DNA of 64,000 nt, taken from contig NW_024704752.1 in assembly GCF_018977255.1 (NCBI RefSeq), forward strand, positions 19,344,001 through 19,408,000, read 5' to 3'. The translations under genes were made by a program, and so were the position numbers. How positions within the stretch are numbered: the stretch's first letter is position 1; the number at the start of each line of letters is the position of its first letter. This document shows, in pieces, positions 49,749 through 63,553 of the stretch. The notes beneath the pieces are model-generated. The model did no database searches. It saw only the letters and a program-made list of their open reading frames with translations, and was not told where the DNA came from. The stretch comes from Callorhinchus milii (Eukaryota).

Positions 49749-51555
49749 TGCCCACATAATACAGTTTTCACAATATTTCCTGCAAAGTGCTTTGAGATAT
49801 CTCAATGAGATGATGAGGTGCTGTATCAAATGCACAGATTATTATTATTATTAATATACTTTGAGAAGTCCTCTGCATGCAGAACACACAGGGAAATTTC
49901 ATGGAGACATGGATTGAACCATGGCAAATTCTCATCTATCCCCCATCATAATGCATGCATATTGTGTGATATCTTTTTGTTTTGCAGTTAGTATTTCTCA
50001 ATGACAGCTCGGGCTGCACTGACGAGTTACTCGAAACTTCTGTCCTCTGAACAGCAAGGAATAAAGGCATTGGTTCTTTAATGAACTATCTATGTGGCAG
50101 CTACAGCTGAATGCAAGTGTTGAACACTCTCCATAGCAGTGCTGATTGACATGAGATGCCCAATTTTTCTCTGCTCACAGAGCAGTGCCACTTGGGATTT
50201 ACGCTTCATCTAGTTTGAACTGTAGCGAGTCCTGTGCAAAGCTGGAGATGTCTCTCAGGCAATTTCTGCACAAATATTATTCTTATCCTGTGAAGCGCTT
50301 TGTGACGTCTCGAAGAAGTGTGATAAGGCGCTATATCAAATGCAAGGACTACTATTATTATTATAAGGTGATGTTGTTTGTTTCAGCACTGGCTTGAATT
50401 AATTTGCAAGAATCATTTATGCAAATGAATGAATATTCGCCCACAAATATACGGTCAATTTACTTTACAGTCTATTCTGTGAAGAGCTTTGAGATGTCGA
50501 GAAGACGTGAAAAGCGCTATATCAAATGCAAGGATTATTATTGTTATTATAAATGCTGGCCTGATGGCTACTCCATAAACTTCAAAACATCTCTGACTGA
50601 GTCAGTAGTTACTGGGTTCCGGTGCTGATTTTGCCTTGAGAGCTGGACTTGAAGAGATCTATTTTCTTTTACGGTTGCCGGAAATAAAGATGATTTGGCT
50701 GGATGAAACATTAGGGAATTTTCACACCACTGTTTGTGGTCTCAAGAGAACAAAGAGCTTTATCCCTTCAGAGACAAGAACTTTGAAGCAATGGATAAAA
50801 AAAAGACAAAGAGTGTTACAAAGGTCTCGTCTCTCTGGAAGTCCTGGTGAACACCATTCTGTTGGCAAACTGGCCGAGTGCCATCAGCATGAGGGATGTG
50901 CATTTCTAGGTCTCAGTAAGACTAACACGTTGTGAATGCAGACTCTTGCTGGAAGGTGCCATTTGGGAGACAGACACTTGGCAGTGTATATATCCCAAGG
51001 AGCACCTCAGAAAATCCTGCAGTGTAGATCAATGATGCGAATTAAAGGTAAAAAATAAATCTGTGTAGTGGTGGTGCATTTGAACACAAAAGATTTTTGT
51101 TCAATTTTTAAACATTTTCGCCCACAAAACACACAGTCAATTCACTTTACTGTATATCCTGTGAAGCGCTTTGAGACATCTGGAAGACCGTGATAAGGCG
51201 CTGTATCAAATGCAAGGATGATTATTATTGTTATTTATTTCTCTTCCCCCATTTTAAGCCTTCTCACGCCATCACGAGTTCTAGTCAGGAGGAGGTTGCC
51301 TTGCAGACTGTGTTGTCTATAACAAGCTGGGAACGTAACAGGGAAGTATTCCCGAATGTCACAGCCAAGAGGACTTCTTCTCTCTCGTGGGGAAAGTGCA
51401 CGTAAGGCTCGAGGAGTGCGCAAATTGGTTGCCACGTTCACCCACAAAACACACAGTCACTACACAATCTATCCTTGAAGTGCTTTGGGTCAGCTTCCCG
51501 ATGTGAAAGTGGTATAACAACAACAAACAATAACCAAATTTAAGGATTACTATTG
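49749..51555 (+). mobile_element. Five same-strand SINE-A tail fragments (about 49749-49852, 50285-50363, 50436-50550, 51116-51236, 51415-51555)
   Basis: Each has CTGTGAAGCGCTTTGAGAC..GGCGCTRTATCAAATGCAAGGA(TTA)n or a variant. Confidence 0.82.
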
Positions 51556-52567
51556 TGACATAGAAAAATATTGTCCTGATTATCAATACTATTTTGATGC
51601 AACTTTTTTTAGTAAATTATTTATTATGGACCTCTTTAATTTGTATTTATTTTGCATTGGAAGCTACTATTCGGACAGATGGTTTATCCTGTCCTAATCT
51701 ATAAAACTGTGTCTCTGCTCAGTTGACCTCCTCTCCCATCACCTCATAACTGGATACTGCAGAGTTAGAGCTTAAGGAAACAGCATTATCAAGGGTCAAG
51801 GCAGTTGAGGCAATCATCCTGAGCAGTGATAAGAAGACAGACAGAAGCACCTCCCGATAAGAATGTAATAAGATACTGTGGGCAACAGGATCACTGACCC
51901 ATTAAACTTCAAAAGTCCGTTTTTTTTAAGATAAAAAAAGTGTCAATTCTTCATCCAGACATGATAACTGCAATCAACTGCATGCTTGCCATGTACGCTT
52001 GTATTCTCTTAAAAGCAAGGCTGTCAACTTTAGAGAACAGAGACGTCAGTGTGTTTTTGAGAAGGTTTGAAGCTGTCATATGGGGTCCTTTTGGAAACTG
52101 CACAGCTGGTGATCTCTTTAGCCCGAGATCATTGCTTCAGCCCAGTTAGAAATCCTTTATTCCCTTTAGTTTCCAACGTACCTATCTGTTCTGGTTGGTG
52201 CAGTGTGAAGATATGCTGTGGTGATGTTACTGTGAAACGTGGTCACGGGTTCATTTAATAATCACACCAGCCTATTGGATGCTTTCAATTGCATTTGCTT
52301 GGATTAAAAATGCTTTCCACACAACTAAGCCATCCCTAGCTAGAAGTACGATCATAGATTGATGTTCACCTCCCCTCTCTAAGTCGAGCTCCACTACTGT
52401 TAAACACTCTGAAACATTACCCCTTCAGGGGCGCTATATCAATGCAAATTGTTGTTGTTGTATTATATTATGACATCCTACACACTGTTATTTTGTCTTT
52501 GTTGAGGATCTGCATTTTAAATTCCTACAAAAAGTCTTCATGAGATCAGAAAACTCTTATTCTATAT

Positions 52568-52865
52568 ATTTTTTGGTCAGCCGGGTGTCTGACAGATGCG
52601 GAAACCCATCACCGTTGCTTAAGAGTCTCCAAAACAAACTGAGATTTCCATCCATCCCACCTACACATGAAAATCCTAAAGTTAGTTTGTTGGAAAGGAA
52701 TGCGCACTCTCTGTCTTTCTCTCTCCCTGGAGGGACACATCCTGCTTACCTAATTCCGGAGAGTATTAGGCGCAGGTTGGCAAGAGCCAAGGCTTGGGTG
52801 GGGTGGTGGGGGGACCCCAGAGTGCGCTGCTGGAGTTTAACCAGCTAAAACCGCATAGCTTGCCC
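52568..52865 (-). mobile_element. Unclassified ~290-nt interspersed element, copy 2
   Basis: Reverse complement aligns with 25733-26030 (e.g. TGCGCCTAATACTCTC.GGAATTAGGTAA, TTTGGAGACTCTTAA.CAACGGTGATGGGTTTCC). Confidence 0.75.
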
Positions 52866-53298
52866 TTGATATCACTGTCTGCCAAGTTTTCCCGCTGCTT
52901 GTCCAGTAGGACCACTCTCCCTGTTAGGGCTTAAGATTTAAGGGAATTGGAACAAAACGTGATTTTGAAAAAGTGCTTGGCAAAACTTGTCATTTGTTAC
53001 GGTGATGGAAACTGCATCATTTACGATGAGGTTTGCACTGTGGCGAAATGCGTCAAGCATCCTTTTTCCTTTCCCCCTCACTCAATAAATTACAGAAGAA
53101 CACAGTCACAAAAACATCGCCCTCTTACAAATCAAGGACATTAGAAATGCAGCGTGCAATGGATCTGCCGTGCCATCTGTGTGTTATCTTCTGGAGTGGC
53201 TGGGAGATAACAACTGATGTCAACAAAAAAAGCTTTGGTCTTTACAATGCTTTAGTTAGTTAAACTTCAGACTTCACTAACCGTACTTTTTAATGAAT

Positions 53299-53782
53299 AT
53301 TCATAGATTCATAGATTCATAGAATGTTCCGGCACAGAAGGAAGCCATTCGGCCCATCGAGTCTGTGCGGCTCTTTGACAGAGAGTCACTTTCACTGACC
53401 CCAATCACCAGCTTTCTCCCCATAACCCCACAAACCCGTCTTCCCCCGATACCTGTCCAGTTCTCTCTTAAAAGCTGTTATCGAATCGGACTTCACTGCC
53501 CTTTCGGGCGGATCATTCCAAATTTGAACAACTCGCTGAGTGACAACATTTCTTCTAACCTCCCCTCTGCTTCTTTTGGTAGATATCTTCAGACTGTGAC
53601 CACGAGTCACAGACACACCTACCAGCGGAAACAGCTTTCCCTATCTCGCCTGTCGAAACCTTTCATGATCTTGAAGACCTCTATCAGGTCCCCACGTAAC
53701 CTTCTCTGCTCTAATGGGAAAAATCCTAACTTCTCCACTGTCCTCATAGCTAAGGTTCCCCATTCCTGGTATCATTCTCGTG
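53299..53782 (-). mobile_element. CR1 LINE 3' fragment, relatively young
   Basis: LRGDLIEVFKIMKGFDR and TRGHSLKI..RRNVVTQRVVQIWNDPPERAVKSDSITAFKRELDRY..GYGEKAGDW; (CTATGAAT)3 tail. Confidence 0.93.
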
Positions 53783-56700
53783 AATTTCAATATTATTTTG
53801 TACAAACATCAGAAGAATTTCCCTTAATGCAATGTCTGTATTAAACACTTGATGAATAGCCTTTGCAACTTCTGCTTAAGAAGGCTCAATGCTTTGCCAT
53901 ATGATTTATGGCGTTTCGGGGAACTTAAGACAAGATCAGAAATAATCTCTTAACCCTGAACTGCTCCACATACTATGAGTTTCTCAAGGCTCCTCTGTCA
54001 GAGCAGTCTCCTGTGCCTACCGTTGTGTATCTGCCACGAATGACCATCACATATGGAATTGAGAGATGATTTTGAGTGTGCACTTTAATACTTCCATCAG
54101 TGAAATTCAGCTCTAAATAACAGTTGCTATCCCCAAAATGAAATATTAACTAACCAGACATCACTTAAAATCATGGCTCAATGCCAGTCACCATTAAAAG
54201 TGACTGAATTGTTATCCTTTATGAGCAGCTGTTAACACGAAAGTAGTGTGTCGAGGCTGGTTTAATGTCTGCACGATATACATTTTATGCAATTCTTTTT
54301 ATGTTTTCTTGGGAAAAAGAGTCCCCTGACTGCTTAATCAAAGCAGCTTTTAATTAGAAGTGTGGAGCCTTTGTTTCTTGGGCTTATTTAGAAATGAAAC
54401 CGATTTCAACAGATCACTGGAGACAAAGTCATCATTCGTTTCGGGTGCCAGGATTTTTCAGCTATAAATAGAGTTTATTGATTAATCTGTTGATTTGGGA
54501 GTGACGGTACAATGGTACATTTGAGAATTAAATATGCAGCGGAATTAGGTTTACTTGAGATTGTGTCTGCACTAAATGTCCTCATTTAGACTCTTACAAT
54601 TCCATTGGTGGAATTAACCCAGGCTTGTTTAAACCAAAGAGTTGGATCAGTTATTCATGATCCATTTGTACAAAAAGTAACATTTAGAAATGACATTGTC
54701 GCTATTAAAGCGACAAATAACAGTTTTTACATGGGCTGCTTTCTCAATCTGCTTAAGTGAACCATTTGTCGGGCATCTTGTTATATTAGGGCCAGCAAGG
54801 CTACATTTTGCACTTCACTCCAAAGTGTCTGAATCAAAATGTGTCTGAAAGAAATACAGTAATTAAGCAATGAAATGTCACAGGCTTATATTTGGAACTT
54901 TAAACACCTCGTGTTCCGATAAATCAGTGCCCCAGTTTCTTTGCGAGGCTGTGGAATGTTTCATTCATGTCTCGGTGAAGTTTTCCAGGAAGGAAAAGTG
55001 CTTAACAATATACGAAGGGTATTTTATTTTTTTAGCCTGGGTCAAAGTAGGCAAACGTGGCTTACGTTCTGACAATTCAAGACTATCCAATTTAATGTGA
55101 AATCATCCAAGAAAGAAAGTCGGTGTGTATTTTAAACCCTAATGTGGAGTATTCTGGACTGAGCAGTCCACCAGTTTTTTTTTCTTAGTCTTGACATTGT
55201 TGAGTTGCTGGTTTTCACAGGGTGACAAAGCATTCGGCGATATCATCTTGCTGTCTCTATTGTCATGAAAATGTGATCCCTTATCTTCCACCCTGACTTG
55301 CAGTGGGGATTTATCCACGAGTGAGCTCTAAGGATTTGTGCAAAGGTCCTTCAGCAAAAAAAAACTGTCCAAACATTTTTGATTATACCAAAGATACAAC
55401 GTGAGATTGGAGATTGGAGATTTGAGTGGAAGGAACAACGAGTAAAAATTGTTATTGAATCAGACTTTCATAATGTGTTGCTAAAGGTTAATTGCTGTAC
55501 TATGTTTCATATTTTTACAATATTTGCAAATATTTGTGGCAGCAAATTTCAAGATGTGTAATTTTAATTATATAATAACTTTTCAGGTTGAAAAATAACC
55601 CACATTTACACATGTAGCTACTGTTTTCAAATCGTCAAATTACAGTAAATCAGGTACAATAAGTGTTGCAAACTGTAAACGAAAAGAAGCTTTAATCGTG
55701 TTGAACAGGCTTTGACAGGGGCAGGCTGATGTATTGATTCACTAAATGTTCTAACCAAACAGCTCCAAAGGGAGCAAAATCGTTGGCTAAGTGAATAATA
55801 CAATTTTGGGGTTTTGCAGTTTTAAAACACCATCACAATGGGATAAAGTGATGAAGGTTCCAATGTAACTTTAAAAGTGACTGGAAGTCGCTCGATCTGA
55901 GAAGCAATATTTTTCACTTTGCCTCTATAACGTAGCAGAACTGGTGTCAACTGCATTTCCACGTTTGCATCACTAGCTCAAAGGAAACGTTATCCCCATA
56001 ATGGTATAGTGATGATGCCAATGGGAATTGGGAATACCATTAATCAGATGTATGCAAATTACTCCTGTTTGAAAATTGTTTTTCCTCCTGGAAACTCAAC
56101 AATCGCAGTACTTTATTCTAATGAAATTATGGATGTTATTATCGTGTTGAGTGAGGGATAACCCAATAATTGTGTTAATTAGGGCTAATTTACATGTGCA
56201 AATCAAGATCTGTAGAAAAATCGTACCGCCCCCCCCATTATAATTCAATGTCTGCAGAATTCCTGAAGTTTTGATATTTTAGCTCAACGACAGTTCTAAA
56301 TTGTCGGAGAGCAAGGAGGGGAGAAGAGAGAATTGCATGATTTGCAGCTGGAGTGATTACACTTGTCCCCTCCTGTGAGCTTCCTGTAACCATGTTTGCT
56401 TGATACGGACGGGGAATTAAGAGCCTGGTGAGTCCTTAGGACTGTGATTTGACAGCAGGTTCAACAGACAGAATGTGTGAACTTCATTGAACATTCGCAC
56501 CAAGGCCATCTGTGCTACCCCTGCGAGGTGATGTGGAACCAGCTCATCGATGGTTCAATATAGCCGTCAGCTAAACCCAAGCACCTTCAGCATTGGGAGC
56601 CAACTGTACTGCAGCCCGTATTGTACTGTACTGTACTGTACACCTTCCCCCTCCCCACCCAGAATATTTCCCAGAGTAACAGTGGCATAGATTGTGTGCC

Positions 56701-59109
56701 GTAAATCTGGCTGTAAATTGTAGATTATAATTTCAATCCTTTTATTAATTGACAGCTCTTCAATCAACACGTCAATCATAAATTTGCTTTGCAAAAAACA
56801 TCAACTGAGAAACTAAACAGTTTGGGCCATTTCTCCAAAAGTGGGTAGAGATAGTAAGTTTGTGTACAGACATTGGATCCCATCTTGCTGCCTCTGTCTC
56901 TCACTAAGAGCGATTGAGATGCATGTTATGTCTCTATGAACAGATGCAGATTTGTCATACCACATTTAAACAATACTCAGGTCCACTTAACTCAATATTT
57001 CACGCAAGTATTAAGTGCATGATCCAATAAGCTGACTAAGATAAGGAAGAAGACAGTTTAAACATTTATTTGAAGAGCTTCATCCTGGGAAATGTTCCTG
57101 TGGCACAGGACCAAGTTACTATCGTTGTAACCAAGATATCAGCTGTCCACACCCACGGAAAGCATTGATGTGTCTCCCCACAAGGACATGGCCACCAATG
57201 GTGCAGCAGCAATCGTCAGGTCACCGTCCGGTCAAATCAAAACGCTTTCAATGTTGTGGTTTGAAAATGGAAGCACTCACAAAGTCAAGTCAATGTCGTT
57301 TGACCTCTCTGGAATGTGTGATGTGTCGTGGTGTCCAGACCCAGTGTGCTCATGGTGTCGATGGTGTGTCGTTAAATTGGATAAATGACTTCCCGAGAGG
57401 GCACCAACCTGATAAGTGCACTTTTATCTGCTCAAACCTCATCCACAAAGGTCACTCAGGAATGTACACTTGACCTCCCTTTGTTCATGTTTTCATCAAA
57501 TCCACAAGACTAAAAGTCTCGGTTTTGCTAACAATACACTACTGCAGAATTCAGGGCACACCATCAGAATTCATTGAAATCCACCAGTGGCAAAGGCATC
57601 ACTGCAGACCTGGCTAGACTCCGAGTTAGTAAATTGTGTTGTCTCTTAAGTCACCAAGTTGGCAGGTTTTAAGAAAGATGCAACTGGCGGAATTGCACGA
57701 ATATGGCTTCATTTCTTTTGATCGTGCCTCCCCTCATCCATCACACAGTAGAGAATAGGATCACCGACAGGGCATTTGCAGGTTTGAACCTTTATCCTGA
57801 TGCTCAGCGCAGCTTCAAAACTGAAGACTTCAACAACTACAACAGACTACTTTCATTTACACAGCGCTCCTCACGGAGGGTAACGTCCCTGAGCGCTTGA
57901 CTGTGGCGGAGCACGAGGCCAAGCCCGGGGGAAGGCACAAGGGACAAGTTGGAGTCCACATGCGTACGTTTTTGCTGTGAATTTTCCTTTCATTTAGCAC
58001 CTCTAGACCGCACTGTTCACTCCCCGCAAAAGAGCACAGGATGATTTGTGCCGAGGGTTTATCCAGTTTCTAACCTGGCAAACTCAAGTCCTTTGTAACA
58101 GCTGGATATATTTGGATTAAAAAAAAGTGTAGCCTCCTTAATTGTGTTTCAAATGCCCCTCGCCGTTTACCTTGTATATATATAAAAAAAAATTAAATGC
58201 ATTTCCCTTTGATAGAAAAGAAAAGAACATATTTATGGTTTGTTGTGTAAAATGAATACCAAAGTCGGTAGCTTATTAATGGAGATAGCACTGAAGCACA
58301 ACCATAGGATCAACCATCCATACACACACTGCAAAGCAATCGTCGCAAACTATGTTTGTCCAATTAAATTGCTGCGTAGACAGAAAGCTTAGGCTGCAAA
58401 GTTTGGTTGCAATGTTCACTTTGTTTTGCTTTGTTTTATGTTGATCACATTTGATGTTTTAGAATCAGATCTCGTTTGAGTGAAACTGCTTGTTTCACAA
58501 TTGAACATCTTCCTACACATTAAAAGTAACTTTAGTGATGATCTCCTAACCTGGGGGTTGCCCGTTTATACCTTAACCGGCTATTTTTTTAAAAAAACAT
58601 GCTCCATCGAGGTTACAAGATTAGATTCTGAGAAAGTACGTAAATAATACAAAATGCATAACTTAAGCAAATAAATTGAACAACATGTGAGTTGGAGAAA
58701 AATTGAAACATACTGAGCAGAGCGTAACCTAATCAAAAGCCAAATCCGATTTAAAAACCTCTGAGCCATAAATCTTCTCTGTTTGGGAAGGGAGGAAATG
58801 TTGCAAAGGTCGCTCTTCAGATTTAACTAGCTTTTATTATCTAAGATGAGAACCCAAAGGGACAAGTCATTCACACAACCAGTTAACAAAATTACCACTA
58901 AATAACCGGCCTGAAATTTGATTTCAAGGTACATTCGTGCAGCAAACTCCATACATATACTGCAAAGCAATCAAATTATGCTAAGCTTTCCTGCCAACAA
59001 CCTTTGGCACAGCTTCAACTAACGATGTATGGTGACTCATAGTGGAGCCTTGTGCACTTTGGTAGTTTGACACTGATGCAGCCTGTACAGATTATAAAAC
59101 AATAAAGCA

Positions 59110-59212
59110 CAATAATAATAATCCTCGCATTTGATACAGAGCCTTATCACGTCCTTGAGACATCTCAAAGCACTTCACAGGATAAACTATAAAGTGAAGC
59201 GACTGTGTATTT
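59110..59212 (-). mobile_element. SINE-A 3' fragment
   Basis: Tail consensus. Confidence 0.82.
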
Positions 59213-59237
59213 TATACAGTAAACAAAGTCACATAGA

Positions 59238-59320
59238 TACAGTCAAACCTGTCTTCAACAACCCCTCAGCCACCTGGGCCAAAGTGGCCTTTATATGAGG
59301 GTGGGTCTGAATAAAGGTTC
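59238..59320 (+). mobile_element. Tc1/mariner (Tigger-like) terminus
   Basis: TA followed by CAGTCAAACCTGTCTT..AAAGTGGCC..GAGGGTGG; partner TIR not evident. Confidence 0.45.
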
Positions 59321-59476
59321 ATTGGTGTGCGAACCGGGCTGTTCCAGGTTCGCACACCCTGTATTGACTGTATTCCATTTTGTCCCTTAACATTGAACGT
59401 GTTAATAACCTTAACCTTAATGGAGGAATTTGGTTTCCTCCATTGGTTATGTGAGTGACTTTTAAATGCAGGCAGA

Positions 59477-59506
59477 GAAGAAGAAGAAGAAGAAGAAGAA
59501 GAAGAA
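59477..59506. repeat. (GAA)10 microsatellite
   Basis: Seen directly. Confidence 0.95.
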
Positions 59507-60996
59507 AAAAAACAGATCAACATTTACACAGCGGAGTTAATCTGTCACTCGAGGCCACCGAGGGAGAAAGCAAATTAGAAAAAGAATTACATATTACAGA
59601 AAGTCAAATAAATGGGCTGCCTCAGACAATTGACATAATGACAAAATGAAAGTTGCTGGAGCAACAATTAAAGGAAAAAAAAAATCTGGTGAACGTGAAA
59701 TTACAAGCTGCAAAGTAGGCCATGGACACTGGAGGTGCAGTTGCAGCCGTGATTCTGCCCCCAAGAAGTAACTAGCTGCCTTTTAAGAAAAAGTATGATT
59801 TAGAGATTGTCGTTTTGTACCGTGGTTGGAGTTGTCAGGCTCCAGTGATGCATTCCAAAGCTTCTTTAGGGCAGAATGATAGAAGTTTATTACAATACCC
59901 GTGTTTTCACTATAAATCAACGCTGATTCCGAGATAAATGGAGGCACATTCTCTGAAAACACATCCAAAATTTCACACTGTAAAACCACGAAAGGAATCT
60001 GCGTTGTACTGTATCATGTTGAATCATACCAGTTTCTAGTTGGACCCTATTCTGGAACATTGCCTTCGCATTTCTGAGTTGACGTCTGAGTTTGTTGCTT
60101 GACAGTAGCGGAGCACAATATTCAGACGGGGGGAAGGGGGAGGTGACTGTAGGCACGCTTGAATTATGTTAAATATAATAGCCTGCATTTGATGCCACTT
60201 CGTACATCAAATGCATGTTATTATATCATGGATTACCGTATAGTTTTGGACGTAACGTAATTGTGGCATTTCAAAGAAATAATACATCTCAGAATTCACA
60301 AAACTTTCACAAAGTGGTCAAACTCGCTTGTGCATTTGAATATTTTAATTCCTGCATCTGTGCAACAACAACAATTTGCACATATATATATATATAGTGT
60401 CACTCAAGTAAGACTTCAAGTCAGTAGCTCATCAAAATTTTGTTTAAAAATGGTGAATTATCTAATGTTAGTCTTAAAGACCCGTTTTGTGGATTGCAGT
60501 TCATGCAGAATGTTACGCTTAAGGTAAGTGGCAGGTTATCAGAAGTGAAACGGAACTCCGAGATGCTATCCTGCACGAAAGGGGCTTATAAAAATGCAAG
60601 TTGTTGTTGTTGGATGATACCATTTGCAGAAAAATCGACTTGCAACCAGTTTGGTTTCACAGTGGTTAAGTTACACGTACAGAGTGTTAAGTTTCCTTAT
60701 TCATTAGATTCTCATGTTCGTATTCTAATTCATTACGCACAAGGTCTTCGAGATCTGTCACTGAATTATTTTGTGCCTTTTATTAAAAGCTGTTGCAGCG
60801 TCATCTTGCTGTGCCCAGTAACTAATGCAACTTGACAACAACAAAACAAGACAGCAGTGTGGTGGGGCCTGGGATTACACACAAGGCAGCCGAGCCTACT
60901 CCATCTCCTGGAGATATTATTCAGTAGATCCTAACGCCAGTTAATGTACATCTGCACAATTTGCAAGGTGATTTAATAACCTTTGGATCACTGTAG

Positions 60997-61250
60997 ATAA
61001 TAATAATAATCTTGCATTTGATATAGCACCTTATCGCATCTTTCAGACATCTCAAAGCTCTTCACAGGATATACTGTAAGGTATAGTGACTGTATGTTTT
61101 GTGGGCGAAACGCGGCAACCAATTGGATATAGCAGTGTCCCACAAACAGTTGTGGATTGAGTGACAAAATTATTATTATTATTTTGTTTTTGAAGGGATT
61201 ATTACCCCCGGAAAAGCAATCCACCAATCGACTCACAAACGGGTTCCTAC
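60997..61250 (-). mobile_element. SINE-A (head-less)
   Basis: Tail, central and GGGGGTAATAATCCC blocks. Confidence 0.88.
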
Positions 61251-61879
61251 ATGTGTTGATGTGTCCTGCGCCTAATTGGAGAGAGTCCAGCGATGTGAGA
61301 TGTCGTGACCTTTATTGTATTGTGTGGTCAGCATCCTCCCCAAACTGGCAATAGCTGTGTGTGAGAGTGGATCACTGACTGCTGGCTCTGCCTGTGAATC
61401 GCATCCCTGTTGCTGTCTGAATCAAGCTCGGAAAAACACATTGAAATGTCGTTGCTGTCACAACAGTCATCATACTGCTGCCATGAGATCACAGGCCAGA
61501 AAGATACCATCGTGACATGGTTTAAGAATAAATAAGAACGGGTTTCCCAGGATAGCTGATATTCTGGTGTGATATTGTTCACCGCACTCCCACTCATCTT
61601 TCGCCCAGTAAATAAATTACAGCCTCAGAGCTCTTTGTGAATATTAATACAGGAAAGGGGAAGGCATGTTTAGTCCCTATTTCAATCTTAGTGTTGAGAG
61701 AAAAAGAACATGGTTGTAAAGAGGGGTAACTCTGTCTCCAGCATTTCACAATTCCTCTTGTGATTCTGGTGAATAATCTTCCCCCCAAACACCCCCCACT
61801 CACCACCACCACCTTTTTGGTTGAATATAATGAAATATCCTAAGGATTAATGAGTGACGTCCAATTCATATGATTGATA

Positions 61880-62112
61880 ATCTCATGAGGAATCTTATCA
61901 AGCGCCTTCTGAGAAGCCATTTATAAATGACGTCCATAGATTTACCCTCTACCTTGTGTCTTTGCCTTTCTGTCGAAGAATTCTATTAGGTGAGTCAGAT
62001 GTGGCATGCCTACCTTTCATAAAACCGAGCCTTAAAAACTTTAAGTTCTCAGTTACTCTGTCACTGATGATGGATTCTAGTAATTTTCCCACCACTGGTA
62101 TTAACCTCAATC
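61880..62112 (-). mobile_element. CR1 reverse-transcriptase fragment, decayed
   Basis: Minus strand gives GFMKGR..LTHLIEFFD..VEGKSMDVIY..QKALDKIPH, the CR1 RT motif QHGFxKGRSCLTNL..VDVIYLDFQKAFDKVPH. Confidence 0.8.
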
Positions 62113-62371
62113 ACTGAGTCGTGAATCTTTCCAATTGGCACCAATAACTGTGCAAGACAGGCTCTAATGGGCAGGGTGGTTCTGGCTGGACAAGCAGCAG
62201 AAGACAAGATGAAAGTCCAGCAGTATCCCCAGTGTACAGTTTTGTTCCCTGGTGGTTTGGCTGTTGACAAGTAGACAGGCGCAGCAGGCAGAGGCCCACT
62301 TGATAAGCCAAGCATTGATTTTGTGGCTTTCGCAACGACTAAAACTGGAAGCCCTACAGCACAGTAAAGCT

Positions 62372-62808
62372 TCTGTGCACAATTGGCTGAAGCGCATCAC
62401 CCACAAAATACAATCAATTCACTTTACAGGGTCTCCTCTAAAGCTTTTTCAATCGCCGCGATGACGTGATAAGGCGCTATATGAAACGTAAGGATTCTTA
62501 TTATTCTCCATGAATGCGAAAGAATGATTGGACAGAAACAACGCCTATATTTAATGTGTTTCAGTTTAGGTATGCTCTCGCATTTTCAGTCATATTTGAT
62601 GTCAGAAAATAATCGGTGTTAACATTCAGAACTGCTCTGAATTGAGTTTTCCAAGTGCACTTTAAAGCAGTTACTTATTTCTTTTGGTGAAAATAAAACA
62701 CAGCTATAGCATAGTGTTCTCTATTCCACCCACAAAACATACAGTCAATTAACATTACAGTCTCGACGATGTGATGAGGCGCTATATCAAATGCAAGGAT
62801 TATTATTA
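62372..62808 (+). mobile_element. Two SINE-A tail fragments (62372-62505, 62725-62808)
   Basis: Tail consensus. Confidence 0.8.
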
Positions 62809-63553
62809 GTATTTATTTGCCAGGCTGTGTTGGGCCCTGACTGAAAATTTGCACTTAAAACGGAATCACCTAGAAATCTATTTTGCATAATTTATGAATT
62901 TTGCAGTTTTTGAGTGTGTTCCGGGTGTTATTGTCACAGATGGAACGTTTGGCGACTGCTCTGTCTAGAGTACCTCGGGTGTGCTGAGGCCTTTAAGTGC
63001 GTCTGGCTTCACACTGCAGTGCTTCAACTCAAAGGCGAGATGAGATGTTCAGTGTTTTTTTTGTTCACTCTTTGTTCCAAAGGTAATAGTTGGCCCCATA
63101 AAACCCATCCTCTTCAAGTATCTTTTGAGATTAATTTCTAAATGACTAAAACGTTCAGTGTCTGGGTGCTCTGTAATGAAGGAATGTTTCTTTAATCCTT
63201 TGGAAGCTGCGACTTGGAGGGAAAGCAGATATTAAGAATGCTGTTGAAGAACAGGAGCAGAGCCGGTGTTCATTATATAGTCACTTGTGGAAAACATTCA
63301 TTTTATTTGTCAGGACGAGAGAGAAATAAACCACATCGGACTAATTGTGTCATAAATTATTTTGGCATTCGCAGGAGAGGAATCATTTCAAAACAAACTG
63401 TGGAAAAAACTACATTAGTAAAAGCAAAAAAATCCAATTTAATTTCGGCTAGATTTATATTAAAACCGTTTTGTGTATATTAATTGGTGTGTTTTTCTGT
63501 CTCTAGGCGTTGTTGTGTGAAGATGGCTGGACGATCAGAGTGTAATTAGTAGA

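Noticed and set aside
53365-53844. 159-aa + strand ORF
   Set aside because: Antisense of the CR1 ORF2 remnant.
59455-59649. Poly-Arg / poly-Ser ORFs
   Set aside because: Translations of the (GAA)10 microsatellite.
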